From contig NC_042999.1 in the NCBI RefSeq assembly GCF_006345805.1, forward strand, positions 17,546,001 through 17,610,000: a stretch of 64,000 nucleotides of DNA. The letters are read 5' to 3'. Below are positions 53,046 to 64,000 of this stretch, piece by piece. The notes below the pieces were generated by a model. It had not been told where the DNA came from. It saw only the letters and a program-made list of their open reading frames with translations, and ran no database searches. The position numbers and the translations under genes were made by a program. This DNA is from Octopus sinensis. Lineage: Eukaryota. Numbering within the stretch: position 1 is the first letter of the stretch; every line of letters begins with the position of its first letter.

Positions 53046-55480
53046 ATTTTTGTATACAGTGCTCAGGTGCACCGCAACTTGTCAAAAGTGCATATAAAGC
53101 ATATGCAGTAATGTACAAATGTCTGGAAAGTGAACAGTGTATGAGTCAGATACATGCTTGCGTGTGTATGGAGAGGAGAAAATCAGGTGTAGTGTTGGCG
53201 AATCTCAGGAAGCATGGAAGTTTTGAAGGATGCAGTGCTCCGACAACTAACAACTGATGCTGGCAGTTTGTTTCATACTTCATCAACTCTTAGCGTGAAA
53301 AATGTTTCCGAAACTCATGGGAGTCGTGCTGTTTTCTGACTTTGTAAACATGTCCACGGGTGTTAGACAGGCTACGTCTATTAGAACATTATACATTTTG
53401 AGCTATTTGGTGCTGCCTTACGTACTAAATTGTAATAATATATTAGACGAAGGAATTAAAGTGTTGTTAGTCATTGCCAAGTATTTCTATTTTTCAAGCA
53501 AAAACAATAGTTAACTAACTTTTTGGTGTTCGCTGAAAGGCATACTCAAAAGTATCGTAATTAAATATCAAGTAACACTTATTTTTACATACATTTTCTA
53601 TTTCCTCTTCATACATTCAATTAATCAATCTTTAGAAAGATTTAACATACGTACAACTCAATAAGTTGCCTATACCTAACCACCTAACATTAAATTGGTT
53701 TTTGTTGGTGAATATTTTCAGATCAATTGATTGATAAACTTGAATAAGTACTAATCTAACCTTCAACTGGAAAGAATATAAAAATAAAGTGTATCTACTT
53801 TGTAATTGATTATTGCAAATAAACTTTACGATACCTTTTCATGTGCAAAGATTAAAAAAATATCCGGTAAAAATATAAAGATTAAAAAACAGAAAAATAT
53901 CAATAGAAAATGAACTACGCACTTTTGAATAAAATAAAATATCTTATGAGATTAATCTCTCATTGACTCTTTCAAGTCAGACTCGAAATGCACCATTGAC
54001 TGTCACATAATTCAATGTTGCTTTTAGTTTCAACCGTGAATAAAGGTCGAAAAAGATTGGTAGTCAGACTAAGAAAAAATCGATAAAATTTAAAACAACA
54101 TCATCTCTTTTTTTCCCTGAATTTCGGGACGTTTTAGCAATAAAAAGTAGTAAAGTGTATAAGGGTTACAAAATTTGGTAGCTTGGAAATCTCCCAAATG
54201 AGTGAATAGGTCAATTCCGATAGCTCGATTCCTTTTTCATCGCTGTGGTGTTGTTAGTGACAAAGGCGTCTTTTAAAGCGATGGAATTTGATTAATTATA
54301 TGGTTTCATACGATTTTAAAAAATAGATACAAGAAACAAATAAAAAAAACAACATGTTTCTAAAATTACAAAAAGTTATTTTGAAAACAAATATAAGGTA
54401 TAAAAGGATAGAACGACAAGGATGAAGAGAAAATCTAAAGCGATTATTAATTGATACAACGTATAATAAAATATGTGTCGGAGCAATTTTTTACTTTCAC
54501 TTTTCCAGAGAATTCTCATAACATTGGTAATTGAATGAAAGTTTGTGTTGAAGCTATGCACGTGCGATATTTGGGAATATACAACACAAGAATATCTTCA
54601 GCAGTTGAATGGAAAGACGTAAGCCCTCATGCTTCATCTCTGGTATAACAATGTATTCCGCTTCTTTTTCCTCAGTGTATTACTTTTTGCATATTTTTCC
54701 AATCTAGGCAGCTAATATGAAACGGAAAATACCCTACCCCATAGGATCAGAATGTTCTGGAGTCTAAAATGCTCTAATGATGTTAAAGGTTTTTTTTTCT
54801 TTTTTCATGTTAAGCGACAGCAAAACTTTTATTCTTTATGTTCAATAATATTTGCTCGGGAGATATGATTTTCACATTTCTAACAGTGCAATGTGAAAGT
54901 CGCACCGAGATACGTTCCATATTTCGTCGCGTATAACGTTTGAAAATATTTATAGATCAAAATAATAAACATAGAAAACAACTAATGATGATGATGATGA
55001 TGATAACCATGTTGCTTCTAATGCCGTTAAACACCACGTATTTCCCAGCAGAAGTGTTATATTTGAGTCTTCAAAAAAACAAAACAAGACAAAAACAACA
55101 AAAAAACAGCACTAATAACACGAAACTGTCGTCAAATTGTGCTGCGGAGATTACTCTTGATACTATGACTGCTGGTATCATGAATGATAATCTTTATATT
55201 GATGTAGAGTTGTTGAAATACGTATATCATAATTTTATTTTTATTTAATATTTTATATTCAGTTTCAATGTATATAATGTTTAGTCAATTTATTAGCCAT
55301 GCGTATATTAAGGCTATTGAGCAGGCATAAATCGATGACTTAAGTGATAAATAATGTTAGTGATCGAACCTTATCTGCTGACAGAATGAAGACAAACTTT
55401 GGGTGTTTTTTCGATTAAATCAAATTAAATTCTTTAAAGTGAATTAAAATTATTTCAATGAGATTTAGTTGATTATGTAA

Positions 55481-55562
55481 CAAAGGAGAAAGTCACTCAC
55501 TTTGCGTAAGAAAAGACAAAGTCACTCACTTCATGTGACAAAGGAGAAAGCCGCTCACTTTT
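55481..55562 (+). repeat. 3 x ~29-bp minisatellite
   Basis: AAAGGAGAAAGTCACTCACTT-like units. Confidence 0.8.
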
Positions 55563-55770
55563 CTATGACTTTAGTTGTGTGTCTTGATAAATCAAGTAAC
55601 TCTGAGATAATTTTTATTCGCTTGCAAATAGCAAAGCGGACATATAAATATTAAATGCTTCAAATATGTTAGGTAAAATGATATAAGCGGTACAGTGAAT
55701 AAAGTTATTGGTCAATATGTAACACTAGCGAGCATAGTGGCATTTGGTCCTGGTATATTTTTGATCGGGC

Positions 55771-56364
55771 GTAGTGGCATATCTTCAACTATCTTAAATC
55801 TCAAAAATCGTTTCAAATTTGGAAACAAATATTTTATCTTCAGCCTGTAGTCAATCACGGGCAAGAATTCTGGACATAAATACAGCAGCATTTCATATCC
55901 TCGCCTGAAGGTTATTAACGATGTAACAGTGAAATTGTTGCTATACGGTTACTAAACGATATACACACAAATCTGATATTTTGTTCCCTAAATTTCAAAA
56001 GTAATTTGTATGATAAACAGTCTATATCCAATGCGTAGGAGTATATCTATTATGTAGTGGGATATCTATTATGTAGTGGCATATTATATAGTGGCATATA
56101 TTCAACGAATTTACATCTCCAAATACTGTATCAAAATTGGAAACAAATATTTTATCTTCAGCCTGTAGTCAATCCCGGGCAAAAATTCTGGACATAAATA
56201 CAGCAGTATTTCATCCCCGACTGAAGTTTATTAACGGCGTAACAGTGAAATTGTTGCTATACGGTTACTGAACGATATAAACAGATATCTGATAATTTGG
56301 TACCTAAATTTCAAAAGTAATTTGTATGATAAACAGTCTATGTCTAATGCGTAGGAGTATATCT
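55771..56364 (+). repeat. 2 x ~318-bp tandem duplication
   Basis: GGAAACAAATATTTTATCTTCAGCCTGTAG starts at 55821 and 56139; both units end TGCGTAGGAGTATATCT. Confidence 0.9.
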
Positions 56365-57274
56365 GTGCGTAGGAGTTTAAAAAGAAACAGAAGAAAATAA
56401 CTTATATTCTTGTATATTAAAATAATATGAATAAATGAATAATATTACTGGTTCATTTGTTTACGTAATATAAAATATGACCGCTTTTTGATTTCCTAAT
56501 CAATCGTCGTCTTTATTAACCGTACATGAAAATCATGTTTAATACTAATATATTACAGTATACCTATTAAATGCCTCCTTAAACAAACAGTAGGAAAAGA
56601 GCTTTAGTATTTCCATAATATTATGAGTTAAGAGCAAATGATTTTGTTACGTGTTTCCTTGCATCATTATGAATTATATTTCAGTATCTCTACACCAGAT
56701 AATTTATACTGTCGTAATTATTTACTAATGCTAGTGATGCTAGCGATCTTAAAAACTTCGGTCGAAACCAATCTTCAGAATCTATAACTAGTTAGGATTT
56801 CTGTCTATACACATCGTCTCAATGTTATATTTCGAAATATTTACTTTTATATTATCTAAATAATATCTTCCCACGCAATGTTGTTTTCTGTAGTACTTAA
56901 TATCACATCAAGGTCGCTCATTTGTTATTTGGTTGTCTATTACTGCTTGAGTAATGTTTTATATACGTGAACGGTTGTTGGACACTAGGAAGTGTTGGCT
57001 GCGCTGATTTTTATTATAGAAAACACAGGTACACACATTTCAAAAGAGTGATGCAGGAAATTTATGGATTGAAGCAACAGTACAAATCAAATTACAGATT
57101 TAGTGTAACATACCAATATATGTAGAAACTTTATCATTTATTTTATGTCAGTTTCAATTAAATTCAACGCAGTAATTCTGATTGCAAGGACAGTACTGTC
57201 ATTTTGGTATGATAAGGGATCTCTCTCCCTCTCTCTCAGTTTCTCTGCGTACCTCTCTCTTTCACTTTCTCTTC

Positions 57275-57307
<33 letters not shown>

Positions 57308-57433
57308 CACGAATACACGCACACATTTTAACCTGTTGACCCGTTAATATCTAAACATTTTCTGTCTCTATGATATTTTTCATTCTCTCTTCGTTTTTTT
57401 CATTCTCTCTCCTTTTTCTTTTTCATCTTAATC

Positions 57434-57469
57434 CTTTCTGTCGAAGAGCGTAGGCTCGAAACATAAAAG
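57434..57469 (+). ncRNA. Minimal hammerhead-like motif with an A6-to-U change
   Basis: CTTT-CTGTCGA-A-GAGC(gtag)GCTC-GAAA-CA-TA-AAAG; stems I and II are perfect, stem III CA may be a decayed CG. Confidence 0.5.
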
Positions 57470-57565
57470 ACTTTTCCATTCTTCCTGAGCGTTAATTTTT
57501 CCTGCTTGTTCCTACACTTGTTTTTAACTTTTGATTTCTGTAAATTAGAACTATCTCTCTGTCTG

Positions 57566-57596
<31 letters not shown>

Positions 57597-57619
57597 GTCT
57601 ATCCATATATGTTATGTCC

Positions 57620-57662
<43 letters not shown>

Positions 57663-57947
57663 GTTTTTTTTGTATTTATATTCGTATTATTATTTTGTTT
57701 TTTTTTGTATTATTTTTGTATTTATATTAGTGTAACATCGTCCGTTTTCCCGTCCTTGTTTCTTATACATTCGATCCTTTTTCCAAGGAATCTAATGCCC
57801 TTAGCTTAGTTTTCCCCTTGGGGTTGGCCATATTGGAGCGATCTCAAGATTAATAAGCCGAAATTGCGAAGATGACCCGTCCATGTTTTTTGTATCGTCT
57901 ATTTGGATGTTTGCGTTCTTGTTCCATTTTGTATATATATACGCACA

Positions 57948-57991
<44 letters not shown>

Positions 57992-58283
57992 TGTGAAATA
58001 GAAAGATGAATAATCTTGTAGTAGATTAATCAAAAGTTTAACCGATACCTTAGTAGCAAAAATCACAGCAGTGAACAGCACGGTTGGAGGTACAACCATC
58101 TGGCGTTGCAGCCGTGCGTTGGTGCGGATAATTGAAATTAAAACATTATTGGTGAATTGAAGAAATGGAGCTGAACGCAGATTGAACAGAAATCGTTTTA
58201 TTTCATTCTACACGTGTTTCGAAAGGCACAAATTACCAAAATCCGATTGAATAAAGAAACTGCTACTTTAACCGACGCCAATA

Positions 58284-60966
58284 ATGGAGTTGTTCGAGAT
58301 TGATGCGTCCCTTAAGGATATTCCTATACAACCAAAGGATGCCTTCCTTAAGGAGTTGGTTTGTAAAACCAACGCATTCATAAACCGGATAAGATGGCTC
58401 ATTTTCTCCACGAGAACGAAGATCTAAAATCGAACCGGACAACTGCATCGTCCGAATACGGCCGGCTTTTTAAAACATTGATATACGCCGCCACCGAACC
58501 CAAGACTGAAGAAGTTTGAGGACGACTTGTGGGACATAGTTAGAAAGATTAAGTTCAGGAAGTCACCCAGGAAAATGCCCACCTCAGATACCTAGATAAA
58601 ATTACCAAGGACATTAATAGAACGGACGGAGTCCTGGTCCAGTCCGACAAGACCAGGAACACATACAAGATGCCCATTAAGCAGTACCTAGATTTACTCG
58701 GTAAAAGATCAAGAAAAATTATAGAAAAACCAATTGGAGTACCCTGAGGAAGGTAAACTTGGAAATTAAGGATATAATATTTAAACACCGAATTCAAATG
58801 AGAACTCAGCCGCTTAGCCCCAAGCAACCCAGATTTATAGTGAAGGACCATAAACCTAACTTCCACACCAACCCAGCGCTAAGACTCATATGCCCTGCTA
58901 GATCTGATATCGGGATAATCAGTAAGTAATTTTAGATAAATATATCCCTGTTTTAGTAACAAGCTGAAGCTCAGCCTCTGGGCCAACTCCTCGCAGGTAG
59001 TGAAGTGGTTCTCTTCCATCCCCAATAAGAACCGTACTAGGTTCATTCAGTTTGATATCGCCAGCTTCTACCCCTCGATTAACCCTAGTGTGCTAAATAA
59101 GGCCTCTGGCATGCTCACAACAGGCAGGCCTCACCAGAGAAGAGATAGATATCATTTTAGTTGCCAGGAAATCGTTTATTAAGTTTGATAATAAGCGTGG
59201 ATCCGTAAGGATACTCCCAATGAATTTGATGTGCCTATGGGTAGTTCGGATAGTGCGCAGATAGCCGATTTGGTCGGAATATATATTCTCTACGAATTGT
59301 CCGATCAATTCCCGGAGATCGCGGGCGGCCTGTATCGTGACGATTGTCTGTTTTACCTGCAAAACACCACGAACAGAATAGTGCAGAAAACTAAGAGCAG
59401 GTTAGCTAGGTTTTTTAATAGATGGGCATGAGTATAGTTTTTGATAACGAACTCACCAAGGCTAATTTCCTAGACGTTACACTTAACCTTAATAGCGACT
59501 CATACTGCCCTTATCATAAGCCTTCCACTAATTTGAAGTATGTCAGTGTCTTCTCAAATCATGCCAAAACCGTAACAGACAATTTGGTTAAAAACATCTC
59601 TCTAAGATTGTCTGGCCTGTCCGCCAGTGCCGATATTTTTATGCAGAAAGCAAAGCGGATTTTTATAACGCCGCACTATCCAAGGCCGGTTATAGGCAGA
59701 AGGTAATTTATATTGATCCGGCCCTTCCGATGCCATCATTCGGTCATCAGGATAGGGCCGTATATAATAACATTAACATTTTAAGTAAGGACGGGAGCGC
59801 GGCGGATACCGGGGTAGTCGCTCCCGCATTTAATTTAGCGAACAAGGATAATTATCGGTCCGGGAGGTCTTACACTAACCCAAGACCCGTTATTCATCCG
59901 AGAATCACCCACCCCAATGCGAGAGCTGGCGTCCCGACCCATCACACTGATAGGAATAAGCATATATGGTTTGTAATCCCCTTTGGTAAGCAGATTAGAA
60001 CTAACCTCCCCCTCATGTTTAGACAAGCCATCGCCAATAACTTCCCCAGAAATTCCAATATTACTCCACGGTTAACTCACATAAAGTTAGGATAGCTTTC
60101 TCCAACACTAAAAACCTCGCCCAGATAATCGCCTCCCATAATAATAGGCTACTTACTAAGACCCTATCACCTTTTTCCAGAGGCACAGCCTCTTCCGCTC
60201 CCGGTTTAATGCTCAGTAGGAATAATTATAGTAGTAATAATGATATGAGAGCCAGTACAGTGACACATAATCTCAGCTCCAGCCAGGGAGTACCCACTAG
60301 GGGTATAGTTATAAACAGGGGTGTTGTGGTTGATGGTAACAATGGGAGTAGGGTAGAGAGCCCCTTTAGCATCCCAGCATCATTTCCCGCAATAGCAGTA
60401 CCACGGGCAGTAGCAATGACAGCACTCTGATAGATAGTGGAGAATCAGGGGTTATTCCTATAGTTAATAGTGACGTAGTGGAAAATAGAGTAGTAAGCGG
60501 CTGCAGGTCTCGGAACGAATATAGTGACAGGAACGCAGTTCTAATTTCAGAACCCAATCCTAGCAGAGTAAGATTCACGTCGGCGAACTCCAAGATCAAA
60601 AACGCCGTCTACCAATGCAAGGTTTACACGGACTCAGATGCCTTCACTTATATAGGGGCATCATCCTCAAGATTGTCTTTGCGTGTCTCCAACCATTACG
60701 CAACTTTTCGGGACGTGAACAAGCGCCAGACCACGGGACTCAGTAAGCTAATATGGCGACTGAAGGATGCGAACTTAAGCTATAGGCTGGAATGGTCAAT
60801 TTTGTCGGTGGCCCTCCCATTTGATAGGGGCAGAAGACAGTGCAACCTTTGTGTCTCCGAACTCTTCCATATTTTGTTTGCCAGAGGCCGGATGGTAAAC
60901 GGGCTCTTACAGTCGGCTTTTCGATGCCCCCATTGGCGGCGTTACACTTATCTGGCCTTTAAATAG
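58284..60966 (+). pseudogene. PLE reverse transcriptase + GIY-YIG endonuclease (multiple frameshifts and stops)
   Basis: MELFEIDASLKDIP; SDKTRN; KDHK..RLI.P; FDIASFYPSI; PMGSSDS; YRDD; NFLDVTL; IWF.IPF; NAVY..YIG..RVSNH; CNLC..E; C.H. Confidence 0.92.
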
Positions 60967-61569
60967 CGTTTATAAATAAGACCCACCCATATCCCTTGGT
61001 AACAAATTCTGAAATAGATTTTAAGATATCTACATTAACCACTGCAAGGGAAATTACTCCTGTAAGACAAACGGGGCTTGTTTTTTCACAGCGGGGGGGT
61101 TTCCTTGTCAAGGCAGGCTGAGATGAACACACACACACATAAAACATAATATATATATATAATTTCTTTATTTTTTTTCTTTCTGCCACCCAACGGTTAT
61201 CACGGCAGTAGCCACTGACAGCCGAACGATCAAACGCACAGACGTACACAAAAAATGTTTTCTACCCCTACGCCAACACACACATATATAGAACAGTATA
61301 CACACACACACGTCTCTAAGTAGATTTTTTCTTGCCCCTTATAAAACATCCAATATTCTTTAAATAGTCAGAACTTTATTCTCGGTCACAAAGAACATCT
61401 ATACACCCTCACCCACATGATTGACCGATCCCTGACCTGTTGAATTCTTCAGCCACCGGTTCTCAACATACACTGATAAACAGTTTCGCCATGGGCTCTT
61501 AGGAGCACAGTTCGATTTGTTTTTTGCTCTGCCTCTGTTCTGTTTTTGTTTTTCCAACGGATTTCCTTT

Positions 61570-61657
61570 TTTCTTCCTGAAGAGAAAGACACAATATGGT
61601 CCCATTATTCAATCGGATTTTGGTAATTTGTGCCTTTCGAAACACGTGTAGAATGAA
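61570..61657 (+). ncRNA. Type I hammerhead ribozyme in the PLE 3' region
   Basis: TTTCTTC-CTGAAGA(61577-83)-GAAAGACACAA...TTGTGCCTTTC-GAAA-CACGTG-TA-GAATGAA; GUA cleavage after 61650. Confidence 0.85.
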
Positions 61658-61714
61658 ATAAAACGATTTCTGTTCAATCTGCGTTCAGCTCCATTTCTTC
61701 AATTCACCAATAAT

Positions 61715-61763
<49 letters not shown>

Positions 61764-62084
61764 TTATGCGAGGTAATGGTGTCAGTTATACCCAAAGGTG
61801 TCGGGTACTGCTGAATAACTGCTATGGAGAGATCAGAGTTAAAATCCAGGTTCGGTAATTATGCGAATAAGGGGTCTAACGTAGATCATATATCAGCATG
61901 TGTATATATACAAAGGAAGGGGTATAATAATATCCTGGAAACAGAAGTAAGACCTTCTATTTATAAATGTTCTAAAATTTCACAGCCTTGGTTTATTTTT
62001 TATTTAAAGGAATTATTATAGTTTTCCCTTACAAGTTTTCCCACGCTGACTACTTGATAAATAATTATATAGATTTTATCCTAT

Positions 62085-62141
<57 letters not shown>

Positions 62142-62932
62142 GAATTCGTATGGTTGTGTATAGGAAAATAAAGTATTCTGTGAAATCCCAGCTTCATTTG
62201 ATTTTCACTTTTTATTATTCGCAATTGATACAAGTTTATTGAAATAAAGCAGTTCTTTCAAGTGCTGATGTAGTGATAGTCGTACTCGACAACAACTTTA
62301 GTGAAATATTTGGTTTTACTCCTAAAATATCATCCGATGGGATCCAGCAGGCTGAATCTTACGTACTATATTTTGACCAATTACCATGTGGCTTGGATGC
62401 CACGGTTCAGTGACTACGGCAAGTTCTAACTGTATTTCGACCAATCAGTATGTGGCTTAGACGTCACGACGTGGTGAGCACGTCAAGAATTCTTTATTTG
62501 ACCAACCTAAAGGAATAATTCTTTGACTATATTTTGGAATGTGGAAAACTTGGAAGCCGTCTTATATTTATGATAAATTCTCTTCAGTCTGTAACCTAAC
62601 ATCTGATGAGATGGTCGTGTCTACACCCACAAAGCAGTGGATACTGGGCAGAGAAGACAGAAGGTTTTATGACATCAACAACATTTTTACGTGTGTGTAT
62701 GTGTCTATATATATATATATGTATAAACACATTCATATGCGTAAGTGTATTTGTATGTATGTAGTTGTGCATGTGTGATGTGCGTGTGTGCTCGAGTGTG
62801 AGCGTCTGTGAGCGAGTATGTGTGTTTGTGTCTGTGTTTGTCCGGCACCAACGCTTGACAATCGATATTGGCGCGTTTCCTTTCTCCGTTCGCTAAAGAG
62901 CAGGATAGAATAGGTGACAGGCTTAATAAACA

Positions 62933-63071
62933 AAAGAATAAGTTTTTGGGACAATTCGTTCGATTGAAATTCATCGACGCGTTGTCCTAACATGGCCACG
63001 GTCTAATAACTACAACAAATAAAATATAAAAGACATTTATATTTGTGTGTGTGTGTGTATGTGTGTGTATC

Positions 63072-63119
<48 letters not shown>

Positions 63120-63372
63120 TGTGTTTGTGTATGTGTGCGTGTAATTGTAAATTGTAAATTGATTCTTTTGCGAAAAATACTTTCTGCCGGCACGAAAAGA
63201 ATAAGTTTTGGGGACAATTGGTTCGTTTGAAATTCTTCGAACCGTTGTCCTAACATGGTCACAGTCTAATAAATACAACAAATGAAATATTAAAAAAAAC
63301 CGTACATTTGTGTTTGTGTGTGTGTGTAATTGTAAATTGATTCTTTTGAGTATAATACTTTCTGCCTGCACG
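62933..63372 (+). repeat. Tandem duplication of a SINE-B-like tail + (TG)n unit
   Basis: AAAAGAATAAGTTTT.GGGACAATT... starts near 62933 and 63195; both units end GATTCTTTTG..AATACTTTCTGCC.GCACG. Confidence 0.8.
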
Positions 63373-64000
63373 TTTGAATCATTTTTATATCAATACTGCA
63401 GAACTGAAAAACATCGATGAATAAGATTTTTCAGAGCATGTTTATGAATGAAAATATATGGGAAGGGCCAGCAAATAAAATGAATAACGTTGTTTATTAT
63501 ATTATATACCCTTTTGAAGCTGTTTTATACATCCTTTCTGTAATATTCATACATTGTCATGAATACTTGAATCTATTTATGGAAATGGTAAGAAAGTTAA
63601 TGACGTAGTAAAACCTAGTCTTCGTTGAGAATGACTGTTAAATGCATTAATTTTGATAGTGATATGTTGTTATATTATTATATGACAGTGACAGAAGTGT
63701 AATTTAACATCAATCGTATCATATTGTATCACACGAGGCTCCAATGATCAAAGGGTATATTGTTTCTTTCTATCAGTACCGCGATAATATTTACTGTATT
63801 ATATTTAAACATATTAATGAAATGAGCTTGCATATTTAAAATATTTCTTTGCACTCGAGTCGTCGTTCTCATCTTCGTTTTCAAGAGTGGTGTATGAAAT
63901 GTTGTGGCTTCTTTTAAAGGGCATCGTCATAATATATTTACAGTTATGAAAATATACAAATTTAGTTGATTTATAGAACTGTAATATGAACTTAAGTAAC

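Larger units (their letters stand above)
58141..61718 (+). mobile_element. Near-full-length Penelope-like element (Naiad-like) with an inverted 5' copy of its 3' end
   Basis: 58141-58254 is the reverse complement of 61605-61718; RT+GIY-YIG ORF; HHR near the 3' end; (TA)n at the 3' junction. Confidence 0.92.

Noticed and set aside
53044-53350. Repeat next to (AAT)n containing CTGATGC...GAAA-CTCATGGGAG-TC
   Set aside because: Stem III and GUC are suggestive, but core position 9 is C and stems I and II do not pair; may be a decayed HHR, needs the family consensus.
56752-56782. Minus-strand CTGAAGA-TT-GGT(TTCG)ACC-GAAG
   Set aside because: Has a UUCG-capped stem II but GAAG instead of GAAA and no stem III or stem I; at most a relic.

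Overview
Strongly AT-rich, repeat-saturated eukaryotic DNA, most likely from an octopus. That assignment rests on recognising the SINE families from memory, not on a search. I found no intact host protein-coding gene; nearly all ORF-track entries are microsatellite read-throughs (YI/VC/L/N runs). The window holds about 20 tRNA-derived SINE copies of 3-4 families, two decayed mariner elements, a Tigger/pogo-like MITE, Tx1/L1 and RTE LINE fragments, and many (TA)n, (AAT)n and (ATCT)n tracts. The dominant hidden signal is Penelope-like retroelement (PLE, probably Naiad clade) biology. It includes a near-full-length decayed RT+GIY-YIG element with an inverted 5' copy of its 3' end (58.1-61.7 kb), a 5.4-kb palindrome of two 3'-end-out PLE arms (22.2-27.6 kb), and several small fold-back PLE ends. 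I folded by hand about 11 type I hammerhead ribozyme (HHR) motifs from at least 7 sequence families, most next to (TA)n or (AAT)n tracts. One has a swapped G3:C8 catalytic-core pair. All folds and alignments were done by eye; coordinates of degenerate repeats are approximate.
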